Assembly (NCBI GenBank): GCA_025211115.1
Contig: JAOARA010000176.1
Span: 1 to 50,706 of the forward strand
Length of the DNA stretch: 50,706 nucleotides
DNA from: Roseicyclus sp.
GTDB lineage: Bacteria > Pseudomonadota > Alphaproteobacteria > Rhodobacterales > Rhodobacteraceae
Direction of reading: 5' to 3'
Under the pieces are notes generated by a model, which did not search any database, was not told where the DNA came from, and saw nothing but the letters and a program-made list of their open reading frames with translations. This document shows positions 9,497-19,277 of this stretch, in pieces. A program made the position numbers and the translations under genes. Each line of letters starts with the position of its first letter. Position 1 is the first letter of the stretch.

Positions 9497-12256
9497 TCAG
9501 CCCTTGGACCACCAGCCGCGGCGCTTGGGCTTCGGCGGTTCGGCCTCGGCCACCGTCTCGGTCGCCGTTTCTGTCGCCGTCTCCAGCACCGGCTCCACCG
9601 CGGGCTCGGCAGCAGCGGCCGGTTGCGGCTCGGGTTCGGGCTGCGGCGCGGGTTCGGCTGCTTGCTCTGCCGCAACCGCGGCTTCCGGCTCGGGCGTCAC
9701 GACCGGCCCAGGCTCAGGAGCAGCCTCAGGCGCGGGCTCTGCCGGTGCGGCGGCGGCGTCCGCCTCGGCGGCGGGCGCTGCCTCGGGCTTCTTGCGGCTG
9801 CGCGTCGCGCGCTTGCGCTTGGGTTTTTCGGCAGGCTCGGCCGGGGCTTCGGCAGCCCCTTCCGCCTCGGCCTCGGCACCATCGGCAACGTGCGCGTCGG
9901 GCGCAGCAGTCTCGGTGGAGGCCGGGGCGTCGGCCGCGACCGCGTCGGTCTTGTCCGCGTCGTCCGACCCGTCCGCGCCGTTCTCCTGCCCGTCATCCGA
10001 CTGGCTGTCGTCCGACTGGCTGTCATCCGACTGACCCTCGTCAGACTTGCGCCGGCGTCCGCGCCCACCGCGGCGGCGGCGGCGCTTCTTCTTGGGCTGG
10101 TCATCGTCGCCCTCGGCCTCGGGCGCGCGGGGCGCTTCGGCGCTTTCGGCGGCCTCTGTGACCTCGACCGGTGCCTCGACGGCGACGTCCTCCTCTTCGA
10201 GGTCATCCATCAGCGTGGCATCCATCGAGACGATGGGCGCGGCCGCCACGATGCGGCGGGTCGCAACCTTGGAGCGGTCGATCTTGTAGTCGGGCGCGAC
10301 AAGGCTCGGGTCCGCCTCGATCCGGATCGACAGGCCATAGCGCGCCTCGATCGCGGCGAGGTAGTCGCGCTTCTCGTTCATCAGGTAGTTGACGATGCCC
10401 ACGGGTGCCGTGACCGTCACCTCCTTGGCGCGGCGCTTGGGCCCCTCTTCCTCCAGCTGGCGCAGGATCGACAGCGCAAGGCTGTCATCCGAGCGGATCA
10501 GGCCGGTGCCATGGCACGCCTTGCAGGGCTGCGTCGTCGCCTCGAGCATGCCGGGGCGCAGGCGCTGGCGCGACATCTCGAGCAGGCCGAAGGCCGAGAT
10601 GCGACCCACCTGGATGCGGGCGCGGTCGGTCTTGAGCTTGTCCTTCAGCTTCTTCTCGACGGCGGCGTTGTTGCGGCGCTCGTCCATGTCGATGAAGTCG
10701 ATCACGATCAGGCCCGCAAGGTCGCGCAGGCGCAGCTGGCGCGCCACTTCCTCGGCGGCCTCGAGGTTGGTCTTGAGCGCGGTCTCCTCGATCGAGCCTT
10801 CCTTGGTGGCCCGGCCGGAGTTCACGTCGATGGCGACCAGCGCCTCGGTGATGCCGATCACGATGTAGCCGCCCGACTTCAGCTGAACCGTCGGGTTGAA
10901 CATGTCGGCGAGGTAGCCCTCGACCTTGTGCTTGGCGAAGAGCGGCGTGGGGTCGGTGTAGTTCTTCACGTTCTTGGCGTGGGACGGCATGATCATCTTC
11001 ATGAAGTCCTTGGCCTGCCGGTAGCCGGCCTCGCCCTCGACGATGACCTCGTCGATGTCGCGGTTGTAGAGGTCGCGGATCGCGCGGTGGATCAGGTTGC
11101 CCTCTTCGTAGATCGGGGCGGGCGCGATGGATTTCAGCGTCAGCTCGCGGATCTGCTCCCACTGGCGCTGCAGGTATTCGTAGTCGCGCTTGATCTCGGC
11201 CTTGGTGCGCTGGCTGCCCGCGGTGCGGATGATCAGGCCAGCGCCCTGCGGCACCTCGATCTCCTGCGCGATTTCCTTCAGCTTCTTGCGGTCGGCGGCA
11301 TTGGTGATCTTGCGGCTGATGCCGCCACCGCGCGCGGTGTTGGGCATCAGGACGCAGTAGCGCCCGGCAAGGCTGAGATAGGTGGTCAGCGCCGCGCCCT
11401 TGTTGCCGCGCTCTTCCTTGACGACCTGCACCAGCATGATCTGGCGGACTTTCACCACTTCCTGGATCTTGTATTTCCGCGGCCGCGGCTTGCGGACCGG
11501 GCGGATGTCCTCCTCGGTGTCGTCATCGGCGACCGTCTCGGCGGTGGCGCGGCCCTCGCCCTCGTCGCTGTCATCGCCATCGGCGTCGGCGTCGTCCGTG
11601 TCGTCGCCGTCCTCCGCGCCTTCGCTGTCACCGTCCGTGTCGGTGTCGCCCTCGGCATGGTCGGCGGCGTCCTGGTCCTGCACCTCGGCGTTGTCGGCGC
11701 CGGGGGCCTCGTCACCGGGTTCTTCAACCGGCGTCTCGGCCACGGTCTCCATCGGCGAGAGCCCCTCGACCGCGGTCGCGGCCTCGTCCACGTCTTCGCC
11801 AAGGTCGACGACATCCATCCCCGAGGGGCCGCCCGACACCTCGCCGGTGGTCACGGCATCGCTTGCCGCGGCCTCGGCGCGGGTGTCCGAGGTCTTGCGG
11901 CGGCGCGTGCGACGCGCGCGCTTGGGCTTGTTCTCTTCGGCCTCGGCCTCGGCGGCCTGCTGTTCGGCGTATTCGCGTTCCTCGGCGAGCAACGCCTCGC
12001 GGTCGGCGACCGGGATCTGGTAGTAATCGGGATGGATTTCCGAGAAGGCGAGGAAGCCGTGGCGGTTGCCGCCGTAATCCACGAAGGCGGCCTGCAGCGA
12101 GGGTTCGACCCTCGTGACTTTCGCCAGGTAGATGTTTCCTGCAAGTTGCCGCTTGTTCAGCGACTCGAAATCGAATTCCTCGACCTTGTTTCCGTCTGCC
12201 ACGACAACCCGAGTTTCCTCGGGATGGGTGGCATCGATGAGCATCTTCTTTGCCAT
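9497..12256 (-). CDS. rne: Ribonuclease E (alphaproteobacterial type, with acidic S1 insertion and disordered C-terminus)
   Basis: MAKKMLIDATHPEETRVVV, GNIYLAKVTRVEPSLQAAFVDYG, KEERGNKGAALTT, IDVNSG, DFIDM, CxxCxGTG Zn-link, C-terminal RRGWW motif. Confidence 0.97.
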   Translation of the reverse strand: MAKKMLIDATHPEETRVVVADGNKVEEFDFESLNKRQLAGNIYLAKVTRVEPSLQAAFVDYGGNRHGFLAFSEIHPDYYQIPVADREALLAEEREYAEQQAAEAEAEENKPKRARRTRRRKTSDTRAEAAASDAVTTGEVSGGPSGMDVVDLGEDVDEAATAVEGLSPMETVAETPVEEPGDEAPGADNAEVQDQDAADHAEGDTDTDGDSEGAEDGDDTDDADADGDDSDEGEGRATAETVADDDTEEDIRPVRKPRPRKYKIQEVVKVRQIMLVQVVKEERGNKGAALTTYLSLAGRYCVLMPNTARGGGISRKITNAADRKKLKEIAQEIEVPQGAGLIIRTAGSQRTKAEIKRDYEYLQRQWEQIRELTLKSIAPAPIYEEGNLIHRAIRDLYNRDIDEVIVEGEAGYRQAKDFMKMIMPSHAKNVKNYTDPTPLFAKHKVEGYLADMFNPTVQLKSGGYIVIGITEALVAIDVNSGRATKEGSIEETALKTNLEAAEEVARQLRLRDLAGLIVIDFIDMDERRNNAAVEKKLKDKLKTDRARIQVGRISAFGLLEMSRQRLRPGMLEATTQPCKACHGTGLIRSDDSLALSILRQLEEEGPKRRAKEVTVTAPVGIVNYLMNEKRDYLAAIEARYGLSIRIEADPSLVAPDYKIDRSKVATRRIVAAAPIVSMDATLMDDLEEEDVAVEAPVEVTEAAESAEAPRAPEAEGDDDQPKKKRRRRRGGRGRRRKSDEGQSDDSQSDDSQSDDGQENGADGSDDADKTDAVAADAPASTETAAPDAHVADGAEAEAEGAAEAPAEPAEKPKRKRATRSRKKPEAAPAAEADAAAAPAEPAPEAAPEPGPVVTPEPEAAVAAEQAAEPAPQPEPEPQPAAAAEPAVEPVLETATETATETVAEAEPPKPKRRGWWSKG
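9992..10047. repeat. 15-bp in-frame tandem repeat (about 3.7 copies) in the rne C-terminal region
   Basis: gtcatccgactggct / gtcgtccgactggct / gtcatccgactgacc / ctcgtcagact, encoding (S/G)QSDD repeats. Confidence 0.85.
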
Positions 12257-12666
12257 GTTGTCCTTGCCCGCGACGACACCCCCGTTGACCCCGGCGGCGC
12301 ACCGCTGCGGGACGAGAATGTCATGTCGCGTTTCATGTTGAGCGCGATGCCACGGGGCGTGGCCGCGGCGGGAGCATTGGCCCCCGTCCGTCTCACCATG
12401 TATGCGCCCCTGCGCTGCATCGCGTCTGTCTCCGGCCACGCCGGGCAAGCCGGAGGGCCAATTCTGCCCCGGATCGGGGCGGTTTCGGGTGGGCCGGGCG
12501 GTTATGGCGCCATCGGCCCAAGTGACCTGCGGTCCCTTTCGCGCGGTTCTTTCAGGCGCGGAGCGGGAAGCAGAGAAACTGATCGGACCGGCACGAGGCC
12601 GGTCGCTCCACATTAAGGGGGGCTTGCGGCGAAAGACAATGGCAATTCGTGCAAGCGGCGGACAGC

Positions 12667-13983
12667 TCAGAGATAATCCGACCGACTTAGCCCGTATTTG
12701 GCCATTTTCTCGTTCAACGTCCGGCGCGGCAGGCACAACTCTTCCATCACGCCCGCGATGGAGCCGCGGTGCCGGCGCATCGTGTTGTCGATCAGCATCC
12801 GTTCGAAAGCCTCGACATATTCCTTGAGCGGCTTGCCCTCGCCGATGGCCTGCGGCGCGATCTCGGCATTGTCGGCCATCAGAAGCGAGGCGATGGACCC
12901 CGAGCCGCGTCGCTGCTGCAGGATCGCGCGGTCGGCGATGTTGATCAGCTGGCGCACGTTGCCGGGCCATGGCGCCTGCAACAGTTGCGCGGCTTCCTGT
13001 GCCGTCACCTGCGGGCTTTCGGTGCCGTATTCCTCGGCGAATTGTTCGCCGAAACGGGTGAAGAGCGTCAGGATATCCTCACCGCGCTGGCGCAGCGGCG
13101 GCAGGTCGATGCGCATCGCGGCAAGGCGGTAGAACAGGTCGGGCCGCAAGGACGCCTCGCATTGCTCGGGCTCGGGCGCGTTGCAGATCGCCACGATCCG
13201 CGTCTCGGCCGGGCTGCCCTGCTCGTTGATCACCGTCAGAAGCCGCGCCTGCAGGGGCTGCGGCAGGCTTTCGATGTCTTCCAGCACCAGCGTGCCGCCG
13301 CGCGCCTGTTCCACCAGCGGCTTGTCCTGGTCCTCGCCCACCGGGCCGAAGAGCTTGGCCGAGAGCGTCTCCTCGTCATGCGCGGCACAGGACAGCGCGA
13401 CAAAGCTCTTGCCCGCCCGCGGCCCCACGGCATGCAGCGCATGGGCCACCAGCGTCTTGCCGGTGCCCGTCTCGCCCACGATCAGCACATGGCCATCGGC
13501 CTGCCCCAGGTCGAGGATATCCTCGCGCAACCGCTCCATCACGGGGCTGGAGCCGATCAGCTTGCGCATCAGCACGGTGCCGTCCGACAGCTCGCGGCGC
13601 AGCGCCCGGTTGTCGAGCGTCAGGCGGCGCTGCTGGCTCGCCCGCTTGGCAAGATCGGTCATCCGGTCGGGGTTGAACGGCTTTTCGAGGAAGTCATAGG
13701 CCCCGATCCGCATCGCCTCGACCGCCATGGGCACATCGCCATGCCCGGTGATCAGGATCACGGGCAAGCCGCTGTCCACACCCATCAGCCGCTTGAGAAA
13801 GGCCATGCCGTCCATGCCCGGCATCTTGACGTCCGTCACCACCACGCCCGGCCAGTCCGGGCCGATCGCCTTCAGCGCCTCTTCGGCGCTGGCGTAGGTC
13901 TCGGTCTCGAAGCCCGACAGCGCCAGCCACTGGCTGATCGACTGCCGCATGTCCTGCTCGTCATCCACGATGGCGATCTTCAT
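12667..13983 (-). CDS. dctD: NtrC/DctD-family response regulator (REC-AAA+-Fis HTH) lacking GAFTGA
   Basis: REC domain (IVDDE, VTDVKMPG, TGHG, FLEKPF), Walker A GETGTGKT, WPGNVRQL, C-terminal HTH; follows a DctB-like kinase. Confidence 0.8.
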   Translation of the reverse strand: MKIAIVDDEQDMRQSISQWLALSGFETETYASAEEALKAIGPDWPGVVVTDVKMPGMDGMAFLKRLMGVDSGLPVILITGHGDVPMAVEAMRIGAYDFLEKPFNPDRMTDLAKRASQQRRLTLDNRALRRELSDGTVLMRKLIGSSPVMERLREDILDLGQADGHVLIVGETGTGKTLVAHALHAVGPRAGKSFVALSCAAHDEETLSAKLFGPVGEDQDKPLVEQARGGTLVLEDIESLPQPLQARLLTVINEQGSPAETRIVAICNAPEPEQCEASLRPDLFYRLAAMRIDLPPLRQRGEDILTLFTRFGEQFAEEYGTESPQVTAQEAAQLLQAPWPGNVRQLINIADRAILQQRRGSGSIASLLMADNAEIAPQAIGEGKPLKEYVEAFERMLIDNTMRRHRGSIAGVMEELCLPRRTLNEKMAKYGLSRSDYL

Positions 13984-14002
13984 CGGCCTTCGTCCTTTCC
14001 TG

Positions 14003-15781
14003 TCACTCCGCCACCTTCGCCCCGCCCTCGCCGATCAGCGGCAGGCGGATCTCGAAGACAGCCCCGCCCTCTTCGCCGTTGCGCGCGGTCAGCCGCCCGC
14101 CCAGGTCCGCGACGATCCCCGAGGAGATGGCAAGGCCGAGGCCCACCCCCTCGCCGGGCTTCTTCGTGGTGTAGAATGGCTCGAACAAGGCGTCGAGATC
14201 GTCAATCCCCTTGCCGCTGTCGCGCACCGTCAGCACGGCCTCTTCGCCCTCGGCGATCAGCAGGTCCAACTCGCGCTTGCCGGCCTCCTTCATCGCGTCC
14301 AGCGCGTTGCGCAACAGGTTGATGATCACCTGCTCGAGGCGCAGCCGGTCGGCCATCACCATCACCGGACGGCGCGGCAGGCTCTGGGTGATCGCCACCT
14401 TGGTGGTGCGCAACTGCGGCTCCATCATCGTCATCGCGCCCTTCAGCGCGTCGCGCAGGTCGACCGGCTCGAAGGCCTCGCCGCCCTTGCGGGCATAGGA
14501 TTTCAGCTGCCGCGTGATCGCGCCCATCCGCTCGATCAGGTCGTCGATGCGCTGGAAGCTCGAGGCGGCCTCCTCCACCCGCTTGCGCTGCAACAGCAGC
14601 CGCGCGCCCGCGAGATAGGTCTTCATCGCCGCAAGCGGCTGATTCAATTCGTGGCTGACGGCCGCCGACATCTCGCCCAGCGCGGCGAGTTTCTGGCTTT
14701 GTGCAAGGCTTTGCTCGGCCTCTTCCAGCGTCCGCTCGACCCTCTGGCGCTCGGCGATTTCCCGCTGCAGCCGCGCGTTCAACCGGCGAAGCTCCGCCGA
14801 CTCGCGCGCCAGCCGCACCGACTGCGACCGCGCGCGGCGGCTGAGAACATAGAAGCCGCCCGCCAGCAGCAGCGCGAATCCCATGATCTCGAGCGCCAGA
14901 ACCGCGTTCACCCGCTCCCGCACCGAGGTGTAGGCGGTGTAGCTGACGATGCGCCAGCCGCGGAACGGGATGCGGCTTTCCAGCCGGATCGTGTCCGAGC
15001 CGAAGAAATCGGGCCGACGGTCGCCAAAGGCGAATTCCCCCGTCGCGTCGATGGCGCGCTGGATCGCGCTTTGCGGCGCCTGCAGGGCCAGCGCCTCGGC
15101 CTCGGTGCGGCCGCGCCAGCGCGGCTCCGTCGACAGGATGATTTCGCCCTGGCTGTTGGTCAGGAACACCGCCTCGGTCGTGCCGCGCCAACGGTCGATG
15201 ATCCGCGCAAGGTCCACCTCGACCAGGATCACGCCCAGAAGCCGGTTCTCCGGCCCCCGCAAGGCGCGCGAAAAGGTGAAATCATAGCGCCCGGTTTCCG
15301 GCTCGTTCGAGGTAAAGACCGTGTCGGGCGAGCGTGTCGCCTGCACGAAGAACGGGTCCGAGTTCCGCAGCTGCGCCAGCCGCGAGCGGTCGGTGGCCGC
15401 CACGATCCGCCCCTCGCGGTCCAGCAGCACCAGCGAGGCCGCGCCGATCTCGTCCACGTAGGAAATCAGGCGCTGCGAGGTGTCGGTGAAACTGTTGGTC
15501 TCGAGCGAGCGGATCAGCACCGGGTCGCGCGACAGCAGAAGCGGCACGACCGAATGGCGCTGCAGCTCGGACTGCACGGTGCCCGAGTAGATCGCCAGCC
15601 GGATCTCGGCGCGGTTGCGCGTGGTCTCGGTGAACCGCTGCGTGAGCCAGGTGTTCGACACCCAGATCGCCGCGACGGCGACCATCACGAAGACAACCAG
15701 GAACGCCCGCAGCACCCATGTGCGGCGGCGATGGCCGATGTCGGCCCCGGTCTGGCTGTCACTTGCGCTCATGGCCCTCAT
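14003..15781 (-). CDS. dctB: DctB-like membrane sensor histidine kinase
   Basis: Two TM helices around a periplasmic Cache-like domain, KLAALGEMSAAVSHELNQPL H-box, NLLRNA, DSGKG, FEPFYTTK, GLGLAIS. Start uncertain (15781 or 15772). Confidence 0.85.
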   Translation of the reverse strand: MRAMSASDSQTGADIGHRRRTWVLRAFLVVFVMVAVAAIWVSNTWLTQRFTETTRNRAEIRLAIYSGTVQSELQRHSVVPLLLSRDPVLIRSLETNSFTDTSQRLISYVDEIGAASLVLLDREGRIVAATDRSRLAQLRNSDPFFVQATRSPDTVFTSNEPETGRYDFTFSRALRGPENRLLGVILVEVDLARIIDRWRGTTEAVFLTNSQGEIILSTEPRWRGRTEAEALALQAPQSAIQRAIDATGEFAFGDRRPDFFGSDTIRLESRIPFRGWRIVSYTAYTSVRERVNAVLALEIMGFALLLAGGFYVLSRRARSQSVRLARESAELRRLNARLQREIAERQRVERTLEEAEQSLAQSQKLAALGEMSAAVSHELNQPLAAMKTYLAGARLLLQRKRVEEAASSFQRIDDLIERMGAITRQLKSYARKGGEAFEPVDLRDALKGAMTMMEPQLRTTKVAITQSLPRRPVMVMADRLRLEQVIINLLRNALDAMKEAGKRELDLLIAEGEEAVLTVRDSGKGIDDLDALFEPFYTTKKPGEGVGLGLAISSGIVADLGGRLTARNGEEGGAVFEIRLPLIGEGGAKVAE

Positions 15782-15821
15782 GGTAGGCGCGCCGCGCCCC
15801 CCGCTCAAGCCGCCGGATGCG

Positions 15822-16490
15822 TCAGGCCGCGACCAGCGCCTCGGCCAGCCCCTTGAACATCGCCGCCCCGTCGGTGCCGCCCTGCGCGGCCTCCACCACC
15901 CGCTCGGGATGCGGCATCAGGCCCAGCACCCGGCGGTTCGCACTCAGCACGCCCGCGATGTCGTCCATCGCGCCATTGGGGTTGCCGATGTAGCGAAAGG
16001 CGACGCGATCCTCGGCCTTGAGCATCGCCAGCGTCTCGGGGTCGGCGACGTAATTGCCGTCGTGATGGGCGATCGGCACGGTGATCTCCTGCCCCGCGGC
16101 ATAGCCGGCGGTAAAGGCGCTGTCGGTGCTCTCCACCCGCAGCCCCTGCATCCGGCAGACGAACTTCAGCCCCGCGTTGCGCATCAGCGCACCGGGCAGA
16201 AGCCGCGTCTCGCACAGCACCTGGAAGCCGTTGCAGATGCCCAGCACATAGCCCCCCGCCTCGGCGTGGCGTGCGACGGCGCGCATGATCGGCGATTGCG
16301 CCGCGATGGCCCCGCAGCGCAGGTAGTCGCCATAGGAGAACCCGCCCGGCACGCCCACGATATCGGTGCCCGCGGGCAGATCGGCCTCCTTGTGCCAGAC
16401 CATCTCGACCTCGAAACCGGCGGCCCGAAAGGCCACGGCAAGGTCACGGTCGCAGTTGGAGCCGGGGAAGACGAGGACGGCAGCTTTCAT
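15822..16490 (-). CDS. purQ: Phosphoribosylformylglycinamidine synthase subunit PurQ
   Basis: [40 protein letters not shown]. Confidence 0.97.
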   Translation of the reverse strand: MKAAVLVFPGSNCDRDLAVAFRAAGFEVEMVWHKEADLPAGTDIVGVPGGFSYGDYLRCGAIAAQSPIMRAVARHAEAGGYVLGICNGFQVLCETRLLPGALMRNAGLKFVCRMQGLRVESTDSAFTAGYAAGQEITVPIAHHDGNYVADPETLAMLKAEDRVAFRYIGNPNGAMDDIAGVLSANRRVLGLMPHPERVVEAAQGGTDGAAMFKGLAEALVAA

Positions 16491-16508
16491 CGGTCGGGAC
16501 CTTTCGGG

Positions 16509-17552
16509 CTAGCGGGTGAAATCGGTGATGACGGCAACGCCGGGCGGGGCCACGGCGTCGAAGAGGGCCAGTTCGGCGGAGACATCGGAGAGCGCCACGC
16601 GCCGCGCGATCATCGGCGAGAGGTCGAGGCCCGTCGCCGCGATGAACTCGAGCAGCGCGGAATAGCGATGCGCGGGCATCCCCCGCGTGCCGTAGACGGC
16701 CAACTGGCCGGAATAGAGCGCATCCCAGGGAAGCGCGATGCGGGCATGGTCGCCCGCGGGCATCCCCACCTGCACCATGCGCCCCAGCTTGCGCAGGCTT
16801 TTCAGGGCGTTCTCGGCGGTCACCGCGAACCCCAGCGCCTCGAGCGCGACATGGGTGCCGCCGCCGGTGGCCGCGCGCATCGCCCCGGCGGGATCGTCCC
16901 CGCGCGCGTCGATCACCGCCTCGGCCCCCAGCGCGCGCGCCATCTCGAGCTTCTCGGGCACCACGTCCGCCACGGCGACCCGCGCCCCCATGGCGCGGCC
17001 CAGCATCAGCGCGGCCAGCCCGATGCCGCCCGCGCCCCAGATGCCCAGCCATTCGCCCGGCTGCAGCCCCGCGCGCCCGGTCAGCGCATGCCAGGCCGTC
17101 GTCACCCGGCAACCCAGGGCGGCGGCCAACGCGGGATCCATCCCCTCGGGCAGCGCGGTCAGGTTGGCGTCGGCGCGCACCACGGCGATCCGCTCGGCGA
17201 AGGCCCCGTCGCAGGTGAAGCCGGGAACCGCTTGCGTGGCACAGATCGTCTGGTTGCCTGCCTGGCAATCGGGGCAACGCCCGCAGGCCAGGATGAAGGG
17301 CGCGATCACCCGGTCGCCCGCGCGCCAGCGCGCAACCTCCGGCCCCGCCTCCAGCACCACGCCGCAGAACTCGTGGCCCGGCACATGCGGCAGGCTCACG
17401 TCCGGGTCCGCGCCGGTCCATGCATGCCAGTCGGAGCGGCAGATGCCGCAGGCCAGAACCTCCAGCACCACCCCGTCGGGCGGGCAGGCGGGATCGGGCA
17501 GATCCTCGATCCGGAGCGGCTGGCGCCAGGCGGTCAGCCGGGCCGCGCGCAT
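16509..17552 (-). CDS. Zinc-dependent alcohol dehydrogenase family protein
   Basis: CGICRSDWH, GHEFCG, CGRCPDC...C structural Zn site, GAGGIG; ATG overlaps the purS stop (TGATG). Confidence 0.92.
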   Translation of the reverse strand: MRAARLTAWRQPLRIEDLPDPACPPDGVVLEVLACGICRSDWHAWTGADPDVSLPHVPGHEFCGVVLEAGPEVARWRAGDRVIAPFILACGRCPDCQAGNQTICATQAVPGFTCDGAFAERIAVVRADANLTALPEGMDPALAAALGCRVTTAWHALTGRAGLQPGEWLGIWGAGGIGLAALMLGRAMGARVAVADVVPEKLEMARALGAEAVIDARGDDPAGAMRAATGGGTHVALEALGFAVTAENALKSLRKLGRMVQVGMPAGDHARIALPWDALYSGQLAVYGTRGMPAHRYSALLEFIAATGLDLSPMIARRVALSDVSAELALFDAVAPPGVAVITDFTR

Positions 17553-17782
17553 CAGCCCATCTCCACCCGGTAGCTTTCGATCACGGTATTGGCGAGCAGC
17601 TTTTCGCACATGGCGGTCACGTCGGCCTCGGTCGCACCTTCGGCGAGGTCCAGCTCGATCACCTTGCCCTGCCGCACGCCGTTCACGCCCTCGAACCCCA
17701 GCGCGCCCAGCGCCGATTTCACCGCCTCGCCCTGCGGGTCGAGCACGCCCTGCTTCAGCATCACGGTCACGGTGGCCTTCAT
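17552..17782 (-). CDS. purS: Phosphoribosylformylglycinamidine synthase subunit PurS
   Basis: MKATVTVMLKQGVLDPQG...VRQGK...MCEKLLANTVIESY (76 aa). Confidence 0.96.
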   Translation of the reverse strand: MKATVTVMLKQGVLDPQGEAVKSALGALGFEGVNGVRQGKVIELDLAEGATEADVTAMCEKLLANTVIESYRVEMG

Positions 17783-17791
17783 CGCGCCATC

Positions 17792-17814
17792 CCCTTCATC
17801 TTTCCAAAAATACG
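17792..17814 (-). repeat. Dispersed intergenic repeat (cccttcatctttccaaaaatacg on +)
   Basis: Close match to the copies at 35706 and 39691; lies between purC stop and purS start. Confidence 0.75.
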
Positions 17815-17844
17815 CAATCCCCCGGCTGTCACCGGGCGCCTGCG

Positions 17845-18606
17845 TCAGTTGATCAGCGTCGGTTTCGTCGTGCCCGTCTCGCGCTGCGGCATCACGCCGA
17901 GACGGCGCGCGACCTCGGTATAGGCATCCGCCAGATTCCCCAGGTCGCGGCGGAACACGTCCTTGTCGAGCTTCTGGCCCGTCTCGATATCCCACAACCG
18001 GCAGCTGTCCGGGCTGATCTCGTCGGCCACGATCAGGCGCATGTAATCGCCGTCCCAGATCCGCCCGATCTCGATCTTGAAATCGACCAGCTTGATGCCG
18101 ACGCCCAGCATCAGGCCCGACAGGAAGTCGTTCACCCGCAGCGCGAGCGAGACCATGTCGTCGAGATCCTGCTGCGTGGCCCAACCGAAGGCGATGATGT
18201 GCTCCTCGCTGACCAGCGGGTCGCCGAGATCGTCGTTCTTGAAATAGAACTCGACGATGGGCCGCGGCAGCGCCGTGCCCTCCTCGATGCCCAGCCGCTT
18301 GGAAATGGACCCTGCGGCGACGTTGCGCACCACCACTTCCAGCGGAATGATCTCGACCGCGCGGATCAGCTGCTCGCGCATGTTCAGGCGGCGGATGAAA
18401 TGCGTCGGCACGCCGACCGAGTTCAGGCCGGTCATGAAGAATTCGGACAGGCGGTTGTTCAGCACGCCCTTGCCCTCGACCGTCGCGCGCTTCTCGGCGT
18501 TGAACGCGGTGGCGTCGTCCTTGAAATACTGCACCAGCGTGCCGGGCTCGGGGCCTTCATAGAGGATCTTGGCCTTGCCTTCATAGACCTTCTTGCGGCG
18601 TGCCAT
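17845..18606 (-). CDS. purC: SAICAR synthase
   Basis: [67 protein letters not shown]. Confidence 0.97.
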   Translation of the reverse strand: MARRKKVYEGKAKILYEGPEPGTLVQYFKDDATAFNAEKRATVEGKGVLNNRLSEFFMTGLNSVGVPTHFIRRLNMREQLIRAVEIIPLEVVVRNVAAGSISKRLGIEEGTALPRPIVEFYFKNDDLGDPLVSEEHIIAFGWATQQDLDDMVSLALRVNDFLSGLMLGVGIKLVDFKIEIGRIWDGDYMRLIVADEISPDSCRLWDIETGQKLDKDVFRRDLGNLADAYTEVARRLGVMPQRETGTTKPTLIN

Positions 18607-18781
18607 GCATGTCTTCCCGGAATTGTCTGTGGGGCGGTATGCGGTCACGCGCCCTTAACCTGACGCGCCTATAGGGCAAAGCGCGCTGTGTCGCAAGCGA
18701 GGCCGGGCATCGGCGCTTGCAGCCGGTCCGCCACGCGCCCTAAACTGCCGCCAACAGGCCAATTGGACGATGGAGAGCCCG

Positions 18782-19096
18782 ATGACCACCTTCGACGACC
18801 GCGAGAACGCGTTCGAGAACAAGTTCGCCCATGACCAGGAAATGCAGTTCCGCGCCGAGGCGCGGCGCAACAAGCTGATGGGCCTGTGGGTGGCCGACAT
18901 CCTCGGCAAGACCGGCGACGAGGCCGAGGCCTATGCGAAAGAGGTGGTGAAGGCCGATTTCGAAGAGGCCGGCCACGAGGACGTGATGCGCAAGGTTCTG
19001 GCCGACCTCGGTGACCGGGTGGCCGAGGCCGAGGTGCGCCGGAAATACGATGCGCTGCTGGCCGAGGCCAAGGGCCAGCTGCTGAACGAAAGCTGA
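18782..19096 (+). CDS. DUF1476 protein / F1Fo-ATPase inhibitory zeta subunit
   Basis: MTTFDDRENAFENKFAHDQEMQFRAEARRNKLMGLW matches the alphaproteobacterial zeta N-terminus; GGAGAG SD upstream. Confidence 0.92.
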   Translation: MTTFDDRENAFENKFAHDQEMQFRAEARRNKLMGLWVADILGKTGDEAEAYAKEVVKADFEEAGHEDVMRKVLADLGDRVAEAEVRRKYDALLAEAKGQLLNES

Positions 19097-19136
19097 TCGC
19101 CCGAGGACTGGCGCGCCCGGCTGTCGGGCGCGCGCG

Positions 19137-19171
19137 ACGGCCCCGCCCCACCGGCGGGGCCGTTTGCGTTT
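19137..19171 (+). terminator. Intrinsic terminator after the zeta gene
   Basis: acggccccgcc-ccacc-ggcggggccgt followed by ttgcgttt. Confidence 0.7.
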
Positions 19172-19277
19172 GCACCATGAGCAAGGCTCATGATCTTCAT
19201 GCAAAATTTGCGCCTTGCTCATAACGGGGTAAACCGCCAAGTGAGCCTGGCGCGCCCTCGATCCCACGGAGACCCCT

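Noticed and set aside
9443-12616. 1057-aa + ORF and similar long antisense ORFs (13949..15856, 39786..41999, 43519..45936, 35898..37610)
   Set aside because: Antisense mirrors of recognisable genes; stop-codon scarcity is expected at this GC and codon bias.
19097-19277. SAM or cobalamin riboswitch upstream of bmt or the corrinoid gene
   Set aside because: No recognisable B12-box, SAM-II or SAM-SAH core by eye; an Rfam scan would be needed to exclude it formally.
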